From Octopus vulgaris (Eukaryota), in assembly GCA_951406725.2 (NCBI GenBank), contig OX597823.1, forward strand, positions 34,968,001 to 35,032,000: a stretch of DNA of 64,000 nucleotides. The letters run 5' to 3'. The notes beneath the pieces are model-generated. The model did no database searches and was not told the DNA's origin. It saw nothing but the letters and a program-made list of their open reading frames with translations. The position numbers and the translations under genes are program-made. How positions within the stretch are numbered: position 1 is the first letter of the stretch; every line of letters begins with the position of its first letter. Shown piece after piece: positions 1 to 10,790 of this stretch.

Positions 1-315
1 AAGGAGTAAGTGATATTGTTTTTAGAATAGCCATTATTAGATAAGCCACGGTACCATCTAAAGTTTCTTCAGTTATCCTTTCATGTTTGTTTTCTGTACT
101 GACTTGGGTTGAGTGTGTTATCACAGTCCAAGTCAGTTGTTATTCAGAGTTATTGTCCACTTAGACAGGTTGGAACCATATCTTGTTTGTGCTTTCCATT
201 TTTTGGCATAGCTTCTAAAGTTGGATGACCTTCCTAACACCAACCACTACAGAGTGTACTGGGTGCATTTTATGTCACCAGCACTAGAGAGGGTGTCACA
301 TCATGAACAACATTC

Positions 316-1145
316 TGTTTGATCGTTTTCATGTCAAAGTACATTTTTATCCTGCTCTAGCATGACCGCAGCCACATGGCTGAAATGAGTAAAAGAGTAG
401 AAAATTATACCTCATTTGAAAGATCTGGATGTGAACTTCTCATATAGTTTTGATCAAAATCTAACTCCTTCAGTCACCCTGGTATTTCCACCCATTTACA
501 AAGTTTGTCCTGTTTTCGTTTTTTCTCCTTTTACTGCTGACTGATAGCCTTCATTTTAGATCAGTGCACTGGAGTGTTGTAACTCAATTTGTGTTGAAAA
601 CCATACAGTCATGATAATGACTGTTTTGTTTCATTTTGATATAAAAATCAATGGAAGTAGGTCAGATAATCATTATGAAATATAAAAGTGAAAATTTTCT
701 CATTAATTTTCACTTAGAAAAGAAGATATTTTCTTGAAGGTTTTTATATCATAAGGAAGAAAAACTTCTCGCAAATTCTATATGGTCATTGCCAAATCTG
801 GCTATGATGTGACAAAAAAGCACAAAATCACTAAAGAGGGTGATATACTGACACTACCTGTCAAACTGAGTATTCCTGCACAGTGAGAGATCAAACAGAA
901 CATGAATCCAAGACTTCAAATATCAAGTTTGAGCCAGGATTTCAATAAATGGACAAACTAATTATTAAGTAAACATATATTTCTGTGAATAGGTGGAAAT
1001 ACCAGGGTGATTGAGGAACCTTGACATTATATAAGTGTTGGATTTTGATCAAAACTATATGAAAATATAGTTAACATCCAGAACTTTCAAATGATATATA
1101 ATTTTCTGTGATAAAAAAGGACTTTGACATGAAAATGATCAAGCA
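316..1145. mobile_element. Degenerate foldback/MITE-like element with long terminal inverted repeats
   Basis: tgtttgatcgttttcatgtcaaagt (316-340) is mirrored by actttgacatgaaaatgatcaagca (~1121-1145). caccctggtatttccacc (~476-493) is mirrored by ggtggaaataccagggtg (~992-1009). A SINE tail fragment (~352-400) interrupts the left arm. Confidence 0.6.
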
Positions 1146-2749
1146 AACATTGAGTACTAAATTGAGCTACATAAGTCTTTTACAGTCCAAACTTAGCTTG
1201 GTATTGACATATTGAGAATGTTGTTTAACCACTCTTGCTGTTTTAACATGTGGAGAGTACCATCTGAATTTTAGCTAGTGGATATTCTTGTGCATGTAAA
1301 TTTCTTTGAGAAATATTGGTCAAATTTCAGCAATAAATATTGTTTTGTAGACTATTAAATCCAATGTGATGCTTTTTTGCTTCCAATTTTGAATACAGTT
1401 GGATTAATTTGTAGTAGTGTTGACATAGTCGTCTTGGGTTGTTTTTTGTTTTTCTCTCTCTCCTACTAATGAGTTTGCTGTAAGTTACAGCAATTTAATT
1501 TATACTTTGATGTTAAAGCAAGGAATTAACTTTCAGATTTTATTTGTTTTTTAATCTAGGTCTACATGTAATTCTGAGAAAGTTGGTTGTGGGATGTACT
1601 AGAAACAACAGCTGAATCTCCCTTAAATCACACACCTTTACATTTGAAAATATTTTCCTTTTTTTTTTCCATCAAAAAAGCTTCTCCCATTGTTTTTAAA
1701 TACATTGTGCATAAAAGAAATTGGCCAAAATCAGTCCAAAAGTGGTGCTTGAAGGGGGGGAAAAGCATCATAAATTTTCAAAAAATTTTTTTCGTAAAAA
1801 GCTTTCCCACATCATTTCTAAGGTCATGGTGGGGAAAAAATGGAGAAAATCCAACTTATGTGAGCATTCTGATCAGAAACTTTGCCATTTATAGCCATTT
1901 TTAATAGTCATTTAGAATCTTATTGAAATGCTATCATGTCCCAAAATTTCATGATTTATTTAGTTCTATACCTACTACAAATGTGCCAAAACTCAACTTC
2001 ATGTAGCTTGTACATTTGAATTTAGCTAGGTCTAAAACACTGTGAAATTGATTTTCTTTAAATATTTAAAAATTTGCCCCCAAAAATTGAGTTTTAGCTT
2101 CAAGAACCTGAAAAAAGAAGGCAACTGCTATGCCATGGATATTATTAATTTGTGTAATTTGAAGATGATTATCACCTCAGTTTCAAAGATATGACATCAC
2201 AAATATGGCTGGTTATTTATTTAGGCCAATTTTGACCAATTCGCTGACCATTCAAAATGTCATATTTCCTAAAATATTCATCCAAATTTCACGAATGAGG
2301 TGTAAAAATGTTTGTTTTTGGATGCCCTCCATAAAAAAATACAGTAGAAATTCTATTCAAATATTTTCAAAAATTCATGATACCTAGTATAATTGTGATG
2401 GCAGAACCAGTGATAAGAACAAGAAGGTTGTTACAGAAATTGGTAGACATTACAAACTCTAAAATCCAATCTAGTCAGGTTTTAGAGCACATATTTCTAA
2501 TTTCCAGTGAATTCAAGGATTAAGTTGCTGAATTTGACTTCTTTTTATAAATAATCAAGACAAATACTTTTTTATTTAGCCATTATCCATCTTTAAATCT
2601 TGTTGCTTTGAAATATGATGGCTTAGCTGCTGGTAAGGAATTAGTGTGTGTACTTTGTTAATCTAGGTGGATTAGCACCAACACTAGAGTAACAAATGAA
2701 AAAGTAATAAGTTTCTTGTTTAATATTGCCATATTTTTTATATTTTCAG

Positions 2750-2816
2750 TGCCATTGGTGTCAAGAATTCTACCATCAGATATCTGTCAAATTCGTAAAA
2801 AGGGTGCCTATATAAG
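2750..2816 (+). CDS. ANKRD13C: ANKRD13C-like internal coding exon (first visible; upstream exons lie outside the window)
   Basis: ttttcag|TG CCA TTG...ATA AG|gtaaac. Translates (V)PLVSRILPSDICQIRKKGAYI(R), matching the recalled ANKRD13C VPLLSRILPSD motif. Confidence 0.9.
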
Positions 2817-3399
2817 GTAAACATATTTTTAATGATTTAATTTTACCATTTTCCTATTTTCACATATAACAAAAGTAATAAAATAGGATAGAAGTTACAG
2901 TAAAATTTTCCCTTTTACTGATATAAACACACTAATTTACAAAAGATATAATTTAAATGGGATTTGATTTGACGCAGTGTTGATATTTGTTCTATATGAA
3001 GGAATATCTTTCACACAATAGATAGGGTAGCCTGGGTAAAATGAATAAAATTTAAACAGAAATACCTGAGTTCTTGTTAATTTTTCTTTTCCTTTTTATA
3101 TACTTATATAATGTAAATTAAGATTATTAGTTTAAAGTGAGTTTAAGTATAATAACAGATTTACTGATGGTGAGGGAAACTTGAAACTGATCGTGAGCTG
3201 AATACCCTAACCACTAAGCCATGTGCCTTTACTGTGTAACGGTACATGTTTAGTTATTCAAGAAGCTATTTATTCTAAGAGTTGCCCTTTCTTCAGTAAG
3301 TGAAGAGTTAAAAGTTAAATTAACAATGGCAAGGACAAACATTTGAAAAAATAGCTTTATATTTACCAAAGCCCATATTCACACATGAACAAAAATATG

Positions 3400-4460
3400 T
3401 TGCCTTCTCTAGAGTGTCCACAGAATTTCCAAGATTAAACATATATATACCAAATGATAAACATTCCACAAAGAATGTTGCTTATAAGGAAGTTCACATT
3501 TACAAAAATTTCTGGCAATGAAATATGAAACCAAAAATACAGATTTCAGCCATAAAGAACAGCGAACAGTATTTATCAACACATCAGGGTTAGCATCATT
3601 TACACACAAATTACAAAATATGGAAACATTTAAAAAGCATGGAGTGAATTTGAAGTTTGAAAACGGTTCAACTTATTGTAAGCTGTTATAATAGACGTTG
3701 ATCTATAAAATGATCTACAAAACAAGTACAGGTCATCAACAAAAAAGGTGTGAGTGACATTAATCTTGCTGATATTTGGCAGATCCTGTCATGTAGCCCT
3801 TATATTTCCTTAACTGGACTGACAAAAGGTTCACTGCTAGGACAAAAAGCCTTTCAGATAAACTGTCATCCTGAAATATTCCCTTAGTGATTATAGTACT
3901 GGCTTCATTTCTTATTGGTAGCTTTGTGGACCTTGTTGTCACCTCTTAATGGCATTGACTATAGCAACTGGAATTTGGAGGAATGAATTCAAGCAATCTA
4001 TGTCTGATTTCTACATAACATTCAAGCACACTGTTAATCTGTAATTTTTTGGCTACATAAATCTCTTAGTTTATAGCTACTAATGTTGTACATGCAACTC
4101 CCACATCATTCTCATTGTTCGCTTCTCTTTTGAACTGGTTAACAAGGGCTGCCCTGTAGAGTGTGAGCTTTCTGTACCACTATCAAATCTCCCCCAGATG
4201 ATTTCTCATTTGGCAGTTTTACAACAATTGTCAGAAAAGTTTCCCTGTTGACATCATAAGTTTGGGAATGTATGTTTGCATTCACTCCATAACTCATGTA
4301 ACTACATTGAATCATGGATGTGTTGCTTATCTGCATTCTGGATCCCTCCTCAAAATAATTCTGGATCATCCTGGGAGGCACTTTTACAACTTTGATCATG
4401 TGGCCTTTTGTACTGCAATACACCACTTGTGAGTTTAGTGCAAACTTGCAATTCACAGCT
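3400..4460 (-). pseudogene. Possible highly degenerate DNA-transposase relic (hAT-like)
   Basis: Broken minus-strand ORFs (FLVSYFIARN..ELPY; ASTIITKGIFQDDSLSERLFVLAVNLLSVQLRK) loosely resemble hAT/ZNF862-type transposase segments. Many stops. Confidence 0.25.
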
Positions 4461-4970
4461 AATAGTTTTGTTTCCTATAATCAAAATATTCATTTACTGT
4501 TCACAATTCATGTTTAAGGGCAATTGAGGTATAAAGAAAGCATTACGTAACTTACATTACAGTATTCAGTGGTGTAGGCTGTTCTGTTTATTTTGTATAT
4601 TGAGCTAAATTATTATGAATTATAGTTATTGCACACATATATGTAGCTGAAACTACTGTCATTTTCAATTTTCTTTTGTTCTCGTTTAGTTTATGTTATT
4701 ACCTTTTTAGCAGTGTATTTTGTAAACATTTGTTGGAAATGATATTTACCTAAATGCTTTCATCAGTTGTCTCGTAGGATAAGATTTATTCTTTGTGATT
4801 ATTAAATTATTGGCAGGATGATTAGGAATTATTACACAAACTACTTTATTCTCTTATTTCTGTCTTGTAGTAAATGGCCTTGATATTTTCCCCACTGAAC
4901 TGCTAAAATGAATATCAGTGAAGCACTAAGATCAACATAACTTGATTCTACTCTTCTCCCAAATTTGAGA

Positions 4971-5190
4971 CTCTTTTACTTGTTTCAGTCATGTGACTGT
5001 GGCCATGCTGGAGCACCACCTTTAGTCGAGCAAATTGACCCCAGGACTTATTCTTTATAAGCCTAGTACTTATTCTATCGGTCTCTTTTGCCAAACCGCT
5101 AAGTTACAGGGACGTAAACACACCAGCATCGGTTGTCAAGCGAAGTTGGTGGGGGGGACAAACACAGACACACAGACAAAGACACACACA
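4971..5190 (-). mobile_element. tRNA-derived SINE, 3' portion
   Basis: Reverse complement of the 3' half of the full-length SINE at 55691-56077 (gctccagcatggc...actgaaacaagtaaaagag). Confidence 0.85.
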
Positions 5191-5262
5191 TATATACATA
5201 CATATATATATATATATATACAACTAAAAACATATTTGTTAATTATTTTTGTTCATTTTCAG

Positions 5263-5407
5263 ATTGGATACTACTTTAGTTGATTTTAATGGTATGAATT
5301 GGGAGCGTGGTGACATCACATTTTTGTTTAATGGGAATCAACATTTGTCAAAACCACTTCTAGTCATGGATAACAAAGCCAAAAGCTTCCAGTGGATACG
5401 CAATGAG
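5263..5407 (+). CDS. ANKRD13C: ANKRD13C-like coding exon
   Basis: ttttcag|A TTG GAT...AAT GAG|gtcagt. Translates (R)LDTTLVDFNGMNWERGDITFLFNG...MDNKAKSFQWIRNE. Phase matches the previous exon. Confidence 0.92.
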
Positions 5408-5543
5408 GTCAGTAAATACCCCATGCATTTTACCTCATTACTGAGAAAATATAACCATAATTTTTTTTTATTGCATTGATATAAAAAAAACTGTGTCATT
5501 TTATGAAATGATTGAAGATAATTTGGATTTTTTGTAGATTGTC

Positions 5544-5585
<42 letters not shown>

Positions 5586-5624
5586 TATAGAAAGAGAGAG
5601 AGAAAACTTCAGTGTCAGGCCTGC

Positions 5625-6545
5625 GTGCCTCCACAACCGACGATTGTGTCTCCCCCTGCCACTCCCGTGGAGGAGGCGGAACAGCAACAGCAGCAACAAC
5701 AAAATCAACCACAACCAGAGCAGCAGCAACAACAACAGCAACAACAACAGCAGCAGCAACAACTAGAGCAGCAGCAGCAGCAACAACAAAATCAACCACA
5801 ACCAGAGCAGCAGCAACAACAAAATCAACCACAACCAGAGCAGCAGCAACAACAACATCAACAACAACAACAAAATCAACCACAACCAGAGCAACAGCAG
5901 CAACAACAACAACACCAATTGACCAGTGCGGTTCTTGCAGAACTGCAACAATCGATCTGTGCTTTAAAAGGGGAAGTAGCAGGAATAAAAGCAACCATTC
6001 AGGTTGGACTCCACAATGAGGGGTCTTATCGGAATGCTCTGCTAAAGAACCTCCCTGTACCTGTACCTCTTGTCGCATTTAAGACCGCGGATTCTGCCAC
6101 CCATGAAGTCATTGCCATTGGGGTGCCAGAAGACATGGCTGATCTTCAGGCTTTTGCTGCCAACTCAGCCAAAGACCTAGGCTGCGTTCCCCCAACGGGT
6201 GCTATCCGCCTTGGACGACCTGGCCCAAAACCTAGGCTCATCAAGTTGTCTTTTACGGACCCCACTGAGGCAACCTCTTACCATCTGGCCTCAGTTAAAG
6301 CTGGGCGGGAAAATCGGACCACCTTCCGAACACGCCCAGGCTTACCGTCCGATGTACGCCCAAAGCTACGTGTAGTGGCTTCCCTGAATAGGAACTCAGC
6401 TCTACAGGAAAGCTTCAGTCTTCGGGAAGATGGACAAATCTGGAGATTTGTCAAGACTGCTGAAACGTGGAAGAGAGATACCAGCTGGTCTGAGTGCTCT
6501 CTACCCACAATAACTAAAAAAACTACAGCAACTCAGGGAAACTAA
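5625..6545 (+). CDS. CR1 LINE ORF1 protein (polyQ/NQPQPE repeat region, coiled coil, RRM-like C-terminal part)
   Basis: 306-codon ORF with a GTG (not ATG) start. The frame stays open upstream through LQCQAC. Contains IAIGVPE and AIRLGRPGPKPRLIKLSF motifs typical of LINE ORF1. Ends ...TQGN*. Confidence 0.8.
   Translation: MPPQPTIVSPPATPVEEAEQQQQQQQNQPQPEQQQQQQQQQQQQQQLEQQQQQQQNQPQPEQQQQQNQPQPEQQQQQHQQQQQNQPQPEQQQQQQQHQLTSAVLAELQQSICALKGEVAGIKATIQVGLHNEGSYRNALLKNLPVPVPLVAFKTADSATHEVIAIGVPEDMADLQAFAANSAKDLGCVPPTGAIRLGRPGPKPRLIKLSFTDPTEATSYHLASVKAGRENRTTFRTRPGLPSDVRPKLRVVASLNRNSALQESFSLREDGQIWRFVKTAETWKRDTSWSECSLPTITKKTTATQGN
5680..5920 (+). repeat. CAA/CAG-rich tandem repeat encoding polyQ with 4 x NQPQPE
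   Basis: caaaatcaaccacaaccagag recurs four times between CAA/CAG runs. Confidence 0.95.
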
Positions 6546-6601
6546 GCCAGAACAACCTGCCATCCTCTACACACCATCATAAACTGCGAGCAGGGTACAA
6601 A

Positions 6602-9367
6602 TTGTTGTCCTTAAATGCTCGCAGTTTATGCAACAAAATACATTTGTTCAACGCCTATGTCAGAAGTGTTGACCCTGACTTCATCACTGTCACGGAAACA
6701 TGGGCGCATTCCTTACTCTGTGATGGGGTTTTCAACATTACGGGGTACAACCTCTTCCGTAAGGACCGCACTAACCGCCGTGGTGGTGGTGTGATGGTCT
6801 ACGTTCGTTCAAATTTTTTGGTAATTCCTTGTGCCGATTTGAACGAATCACAAGAAGAAGTTTTTTTCTGTGACGTGCGTATGACCATGTCAACACTCCT
6901 GCTTGGCGTTGTTTATCGTCCCCCAAGTTACCATCGGGACACACAGCTTTGCAATGTCCTCCGAGCTGCTGCCAGGAAAACAGCCACTTATGTGTTTATT
7001 GCAGGCGATTTCAATCATCCTGAGATCGATTGGGAGACCTTCCATTGGCCACAGAGTGCAAACGATTTTGTTGAGCTTGTGCTGGACTCAAACTGGTCAC
7101 AAGTAGTCACCTCTCCAACAAGAGGCGACAACACCTTGGACCTGCTCTTCACCACAACTCCTGAAGCGGTTATCAATTGCACTACGGAGGAACCTCTAGG
7201 TGACTCTGATCATGCTATGATCATCGCCAATCTGGCTCTTGCGGGCAACAAAAACCTGAACCATCTCCAATCTGCTTCCTTCGATTGGAAGAGAGCAGAT
7301 TGGAACCTGTACCACACTGAACTACAGCACCCAAACTGGCGTGAATTCTACAACTCTGGAGATGTGAATACTATACTCCAGAGTATCCTGGACTCAATAT
7401 GGGCAGCATGTGCAGCATCAGTGCCACGTAAACAAAAAAAGAAGAACCGCCCCAAAAGGGCAATTTGGGAAACTTCAGCGGTCCGACTTGCCAGGAGGGA
7501 ACGTCGGACTGCTGAACGGGAATACAGGTTGCATAAATCAGACACCAACAGGAAGAAGCGGAATAAATCCTCCAACCATCTCAAGCAAGTGACAAAAAAA
7601 GCAGTGCTTGAATTTGAACAGTGCATAGCAGCCAATCCTGACAGCAAGGTTTTCTGGAAATATGTGCACTCAAAGCAGAGACCTCACTCTCCAGTGGGCC
7701 CTCTTCGCAACCCTCACACAAACCAGATCACTGACGACCCCAAGGAATGCGCAGAACTCATTGCCGAGTGCTATGCAAACATATTCACTGTTGAAAGTCA
7801 AAATGTACCATCTTCACCATCACTAACAGCAAACTCCATAACAACTATGGAATTTACACCTGCAATGCTGCGACGTCACCTTCAAAATAAGCGCAACTAT
7901 GCCTCCCCTGGTCTCGATGGAGTTACATACCTGCTTCTCAAACGTGGCAGGCACTTCCTTTTACACCAGCTTTCTATTTTCTTCCAGTACTGTCTCAACA
8001 ATGGTGCTACTCCGGAGCAGTGGAAAACTGCCAGTGTCATTCCTCTGTTCAAAAAGGGCGACCGCACATCACCTGTCAACTATCGCCCAGTCAGTCTCAC
8101 TAGCTGTATTGCAAAACTGATGGAATCGTGTGTCAGAGAAACACTCTGGAACTTCTGGAGCTCTCACAGTCTCATCCGACCCTCACAATATGGATTTGTC
8201 CCTAACTCCAGCTGCAGTGACCAGCTTGTCGAGTTCCTTGAGGACATTACTCAGATTACTGACAGTGGCTCATGGGTGGATGTTGTCTACCTTGACTTTG
8301 CTAAGGCTTTCAACTCTGTGCCACACAAAAGGCTTATGGTGAAACTCTCTGCAATGGGTGTGGGGGATGACCTTTTTAACTGGTTGAAATCCTTCATCCT
8401 CAGCCGAAAGGAGGTAGTCACAGTTCTAGGACAGCACTCTACACCATATGAGATGTCATCGGGTGTACCACAGGGATCTGTCCTTGGCCCCCTCTTGTTT
8501 GTGGCATACATTAACGACATAGATGCCAATTTAAAGAATGCCACAGTATTGAAATATGCAGACGACATCAAGCTGTACCTTGAAATCAAGAGGACAGATC
8601 CTGATGTCTACAACTCTTTCCTGCAATCAGACCTAGACACAATGCAGCAATGGATCACAGACTGGCAACTGAAACTGGCTGTGGACAAGTGTACCACCAT
8701 GCATTTTGGGAGAAAAAACCCTGCGTTCACATACTCCCTCCACAACACTGATATCAAGAAATCCTCTTGCGAGCGTGACCTAGGCATCACTGTCAGCAGT
8801 GATTTGCGTTGGTCAAAGCATATCTCTAAGATTGTCAGGAAGGCCGAGGGTGTCTTGGCATCACTCAGCAGGTCTTTTGTTAGCCGCTCTCCAGCCATCT
8901 ATTTAAAACTGTATACAGCTATGGTACGACCACACTTGGAATTCGCATCATCAGTTTGGAACCCCTATCTTGCACAGAACATTGACCTCCTGGAATCTGT
9001 CCAGAGACGTGCAACCAAACGCATACCCTCCATCAGACACCTACCATATTTTGAGCGCCTTGTTTCCCTGGGCATGGATTCACTGAAGCTCCGGCGTTTG
9101 GCGACGGACTTGGTAAACACCCACAAAGTTATCAACCACCTCACCAACAACAACACTGAACACCTTTTTGATCTCCATGTGTCTAACACACGTGGACATG
9201 CCTACAAAGTCAGAAAACAATACAGCTCCCATGACTTTCGGAAACATTTTTTCACGCTCAGAGTTGCTGAAGCATGGAATAAACTGCCTGCGTCAGTTGT
9301 TGACTGCCATGACACTGCATCTTTTAAGGCCCTCATGCTTTCCGAAATCCGCCGAAACTTCACCTGA
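6602..9367 (+). CDS. CR1 LINE ORF2: AP-endonuclease + reverse transcriptase
   Basis: 921 codons with no stops. APE motifs LNARS, TETW, YRPP, GDFN, TLDL, SDH. RT motifs LDFAKAFNSV, GVPQGSVLGP, YADD. CR1-type C-terminus RDLG...VQRRATK...TRGH.YK. The frame is open from 6518; first ATG is at 6794. Confidence 0.97.
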   Translation: MLSLNARSLCNKIHLFNAYVRSVDPDFITVTETWAHSLLCDGVFNITGYNLFRKDRTNRRGGGVMVYVRSNFLVIPCADLNESQEEVFFCDVRMTMSTLLLGVVYRPPSYHRDTQLCNVLRAAARKTATYVFIAGDFNHPEIDWETFHWPQSANDFVELVLDSNWSQVVTSPTRGDNTLDLLFTTTPEAVINCTTEEPLGDSDHAMIIANLALAGNKNLNHLQSASFDWKRADWNLYHTELQHPNWREFYNSGDVNTILQSILDSIWAACAASVPRKQKKKNRPKRAIWETSAVRLARRERRTAEREYRLHKSDTNRKKRNKSSNHLKQVTKKAVLEFEQCIAANPDSKVFWKYVHSKQRPHSPVGPLRNPHTNQITDDPKECAELIAECYANIFTVESQNVPSSPSLTANSITTMEFTPAMLRRHLQNKRNYASPGLDGVTYLLLKRGRHFLLHQLSIFFQYCLNNGATPEQWKTASVIPLFKKGDRTSPVNYRPVSLTSCIAKLMESCVRETLWNFWSSHSLIRPSQYGFVPNSSCSDQLVEFLEDITQITDSGSWVDVVYLDFAKAFNSVPHKRLMVKLSAMGVGDDLFNWLKSFILSRKEVVTVLGQHSTPYEMSSGVPQGSVLGPLLFVAYINDIDANLKNATVLKYADDIKLYLEIKRTDPDVYNSFLQSDLDTMQQWITDWQLKLAVDKCTTMHFGRKNPAFTYSLHNTDIKKSSCERDLGITVSSDLRWSKHISKIVRKAEGVLASLSRSFVSRSPAIYLKLYTAMVRPHLEFASSVWNPYLAQNIDLLESVQRRATKRIPSIRHLPYFERLVSLGMDSLKLRRLATDLVNTHKVINHLTNNNTEHLFDLHVSNTRGHAYKVRKQYSSHDFRKHFFTLRVAEAWNKLPASVVDCHDTASFKALMLSEIRRNFT

Positions 9368-10214
9368 TTATATATACACTTTAGATGAGTTGTAGTGCAC
9401 CTGAGCACTGTACACAATTATTATTATTATTTTAAAGCTATTTTTTCCACATGGGTAGAAATATAGGAAAAAAATAGAAGTTGAACATGCACTGAGAATA
9501 GTTAAAATTTTTTTTATTATATTTAAAGATGTAACTAGTTTCACAGTTTAGACTGATTTTCAAAAGTTGAGATAGAAAGACATGGGTTATACCACAGCTG
9601 TCTTGCTTCTGACTAGTGTTTGAAGCTTGTCCTGTTTTTATAGAGAGTACATGGCTAAAATAAGTGTTATGTTTTGGATATGGCTTGATTAGTAGAAGAT
9701 AATCACATGACTGATCTAGGAAATTTTTGTAGGTTCCCCCGCCATGTCTGTGTGTCAATATCAAGTGACAATGTTTGGCATCATAAGACAAGGCTGACAC
9801 AGTTGAGTGAACATGTCTTGTGACAGTACCAAACAGTCAATGCCCTGAATGTTTTCGTTCAAGTGTTGTAGAAAATGAATATGTTATTAAGTTTAGAATC
9901 ATTTGTACCTTTCCTGCTACATTCATACATTAGTATCACATGACAGTATATTTTGCTCCAAAAATTAAGTCCACCCTCCCACCTAACAGATTAAATTTAG
10001 AGTGCCTTGATTGTAACTAAACATAAAATAGGTTCCAATTGAGCCCCGAAGTCAGCATAATTGAATTACTCTTCCCCTAAAATGACTGGCCTTGTGCCAA
10101 AATTTGAAACTGACATTAGTAGGTTTTTTGACATTTCTATTATGTGTATGTAAGTGTGTGCATATAATTTCAAATGCTCAGGAAGCTCCTTAGAGGTAGT
10201 AAATTGTTTTTATT

Positions 10215-10790
10215 ACCTAAGGTGACCTAATTAGCAGTAGCAGAGGATATTCTGAAGTTTAATTGCCAGAATAAGAATAAGGTAGAGAAAGTTCAGAGCT
10301 ATTACCTCTGTTGGCAACAAAAGCGCTCTCTCTCTCTCTCCCTCTTTGTCTCAGAGTCAAAGGTAGACTGTATGATGCAAGTGAATGAACAGTCATGCTA
10401 CATGATAGTGATAGGTGATCTCTTAATGTAGAGGACAAAGAGGAATGGAGCTAGTATGGTTCATTGGATGTATAGAATCATTGTGTATGTACAGCAAAAT
10501 GCAAGTGTGTAGACAGAAAAAAAATAAGCATATAGAGAATACAGATGTAGAGAGAGAAGACTGCTCTGGGTTTGGTCACAAGATGTATATGGATAAGACA
10601 GCTGTATAAGCCAATTGTTTACAGTGGGTGGAACTTGTGGAAAAGAGCAAACCAGGAAAATGAAGTAGTGAAGCCTGATCTCAAGATGTTGAGCCTCACA
10701 GAGGAGATGTCTGAAGACCCAGATGATTATCAATTTGCTGTGCTTAAGAAGATCTGTGATAGCAAGAGTGAGGTCCTAAAAGAATGATGC
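10215..10790 (+). mobile_element. Old degenerate RTE LINE fragment
   Basis: Diverged similarity to the RTE ORF 3' end (ggtgacctaattagcagt; ggtagactgtatgatgca; EVVKPDLKMLSLTEEM). Confidence 0.65.

Larger units (their letters stand above)
5604..9431 (+). mobile_element. CR1-clade non-LTR retrotransposon (LINE), near full length, probably 5'-truncated in ORF1, inserted sense in an ANKRD13C intron
   Basis: ORF1 followed by an intact APE-RT ORF2 and a very short 3' UTR with a small stem-loop (tagtgc-acctga-gcactg, 9393-9410). Ends in an (ATT)n tail at ~9418-9431. The 5' edge abuts a (TA)(CA)(GA) microsatellite. Confidence 0.93.

Noticed and set aside
1587-2530. ORFs 1587-1904 and 2205-2387
   Set aside because: No recognisable domains or splice context; the region looks like a decayed non-coding DNA-transposon repeat.
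5338-6078. Overlapping poly-V/A, poly-L and poly-T ORFs
   Set aside because: Alternative-frame and antisense readings of the CAA/CAG repeat, which lacks stops. Only the polyQ frame continues into recognisable ORF1 motifs.
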